From contig NC_068985.1 in the NCBI RefSeq assembly GCF_001194135.2, positions 33,545,741 to 33,609,740 of the forward strand: a stretch of DNA of 64,000 nucleotides, in the 5' to 3' direction. The notes below the pieces were generated by a model. That model was not told the DNA's origin. It ran no database searches and was given only the letters and a program-made list of their open reading frames with translations. Both the position numbers and the translations under genes were made by a program. This document shows positions 62,331-64,000 of the stretch, one piece after another (the stretch's first letter is position 1; each line of letters begins with the position of its first letter). Source of the DNA: Octopus bimaculoides (lineage: Eukaryota).

Positions 62331-63336
62331 AGCAAGAAGGAGAGACACACACAACTTTAATCTTATTATTTAGTATTCAGTCCTTTCAGTAAATGTTTAT
62401 TCTTATTTGTCACTTGACAACCCTAACACTAAACATTAATTTATGTATCTCAATCACCACCACCACCATTATCATTGTCATCTTGATCATCATGATCATC
62501 ATTATCGTTTTTATGTCCACTTTTCTGTGCCTACATGAGCTGGATAATTCTCCCCTCCACATGGTGTCTTGCTACATGCTGTATTTCTTTGTTGTCTCCT
62601 TTCTGACGTTCAGCATCCTAAAATGGTGAAACACTGATTAATGACTTTACCAGTTCTTCACTCTACTGCATGTTTTCTCTCCTTGTCTCATGTAATTTAT
62701 ATTACAATACACACACACACACACACACAAAGAGCCAGTGTACCAGTTACATCTTTGATACATACTTGGATTTGCTGGATACCAGATACCAATGAACTAC
62801 CTTTACAACTCTACATTTTATATATATACGTACATATATATATCTGCATGCATATATATGTATATGTATACATATATGTATAGATAGTTAGATATGCTTG
62901 GTTTATGGGATTACCCTGGGTTTCACACACACAGACTCACATACACACACACGTATACACACATTCATTCATTCATTCAGACTCACATACACACACACGT
63001 ATACACACATTCATTCATTCAGACAGACAGACAGACAGTTTGTTTCTGTTAAATTCTACAGACAAGATATTAAATCAACCTGAGGGCAATGGTAGAAAAC
63101 ACCTGCCTGTAGTCATAACCATATCCAATGGCATTGAACTTGGAACCATGTGATTATGACATGAACTTCTTAACCACATAGCTATGCTTACACCTATGTT
63201 AACTGGAGTGAATGACAATGCAGAGAGTTTACAAGCTAGATTGCTTATGAAGCAAACATAAAATAACAAATGAATTATTTAGACAGCATTAACCAGTGTC
63301 TTTGGTGTGCAAAGTGTATCAAAGTTATTAGTTGCT

Positions 63337-63379
<43 letters not shown>

Positions 63380-63439
63380 AAAGATAAATATTTATCCCAA
63401 TTGCCATCTCAATATATCACCAATTACTTGACCTTTCAG

Positions 63440-63490
63440 GACCAGAGACAGTCATTAATACTGTAATAAGCAATGAGACTCATTCGTCTG
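63440..63490 (+). CDS. Candidate exon (PETVINTVISNETHSS)
   Basis: Acceptor tacttgacctttcag, donor CTG|gtgagg, 51 nt, phase 1-1. Confidence 0.2.
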
Positions 63491-63601
63491 GTGAGGAAAG
63501 TGATTTCAGGTTGTAGTTTTCGTGCTGTTTCCAAAGACATCAGTAGAGGATGTAAAATATCTACAGGTGGAACTATGGACTCCATTTACCAGGACATTAC
63601 C

Positions 63602-63622
63602 GTGTGCACGTGCACACACACA

Positions 63623-63714
<92 letters not shown>
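63602..63714. repeat. 16-bp palindrome followed by long (CA)n
   Basis: gtgtgcacgtgcacac 63602-63617, then about 45 CA units. Confidence 0.95.
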
Positions 63715-63715
<1 letters not shown>

Positions 63716-63919
63716 TCATCACCACCATCATCATTATCTTTGCCTTTTGTCTACTTCCAAGTTGTGAAGGGCTGAGCAGAAGTGTTAGAAATTGTGTTTT
63801 TAGGCTGTGTCCTTCCTATCACCAATATACAATGTATAAATGTATAAATCCATGCATCTGTCTGTCCCTCCATTCATCCTTCCTATATCTGCCTGTCTGT
63901 TTATCTATCTTGCAGTCTA

Positions 63920-63956
63920 TGTATCTATCTACCTATCTATCTTATCTATCTATCTA

Positions 63957-63997
<41 letters not shown>

Positions 63998-63998
63998 C
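63920..63998. repeat. (ATCT)n microsatellite
   Basis: Direct reading. Confidence 0.95.
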
Positions 63999-64000
63999 CT

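Overview
AT-rich, microsatellite-dense eukaryotic DNA with four assembly gaps. The SINE/LINE families look like those of coleoid cephalopods, probably Octopus; this is an inference from recognition, not a database result. The window is mostly intronic or intergenic. I recognise no host protein by homology, so only low-confidence candidate exons (both strands) are listed. Most explainable sequence is mobile DNA: many RTE-clade LINE 3' ends, CR1/L2-like RT remnants, an R4/Dong-like restriction-endonuclease LINE, at least three tRNA-derived SINE families, a hAT MITE with an adjacent possible transposase remnant, a Helentron/HINE-like element and a head-to-tail Helitron-type dimer. There is also a Penelope-like element whose 3' end carries a tRNA-like pol III box pair followed by a decayed minimal hammerhead ribozyme, plus an inverted GIY-YIG duplicate. 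The best leads are: (1) the Penelope tRNA+hammerhead module; (2) three zero-length-exon (polyY-CAG|GT) sites on the + strand resembling recursive splice sites; (3) several inverted-repeat pairs and a perfect 24-bp-arm palindrome that could form dsRNA; (4) an RFX X-box/CCAAT promoter-like cluster near 38.25 kb. Repeat boundaries were placed by eye and are approximate unless a TSD or terminus is given.
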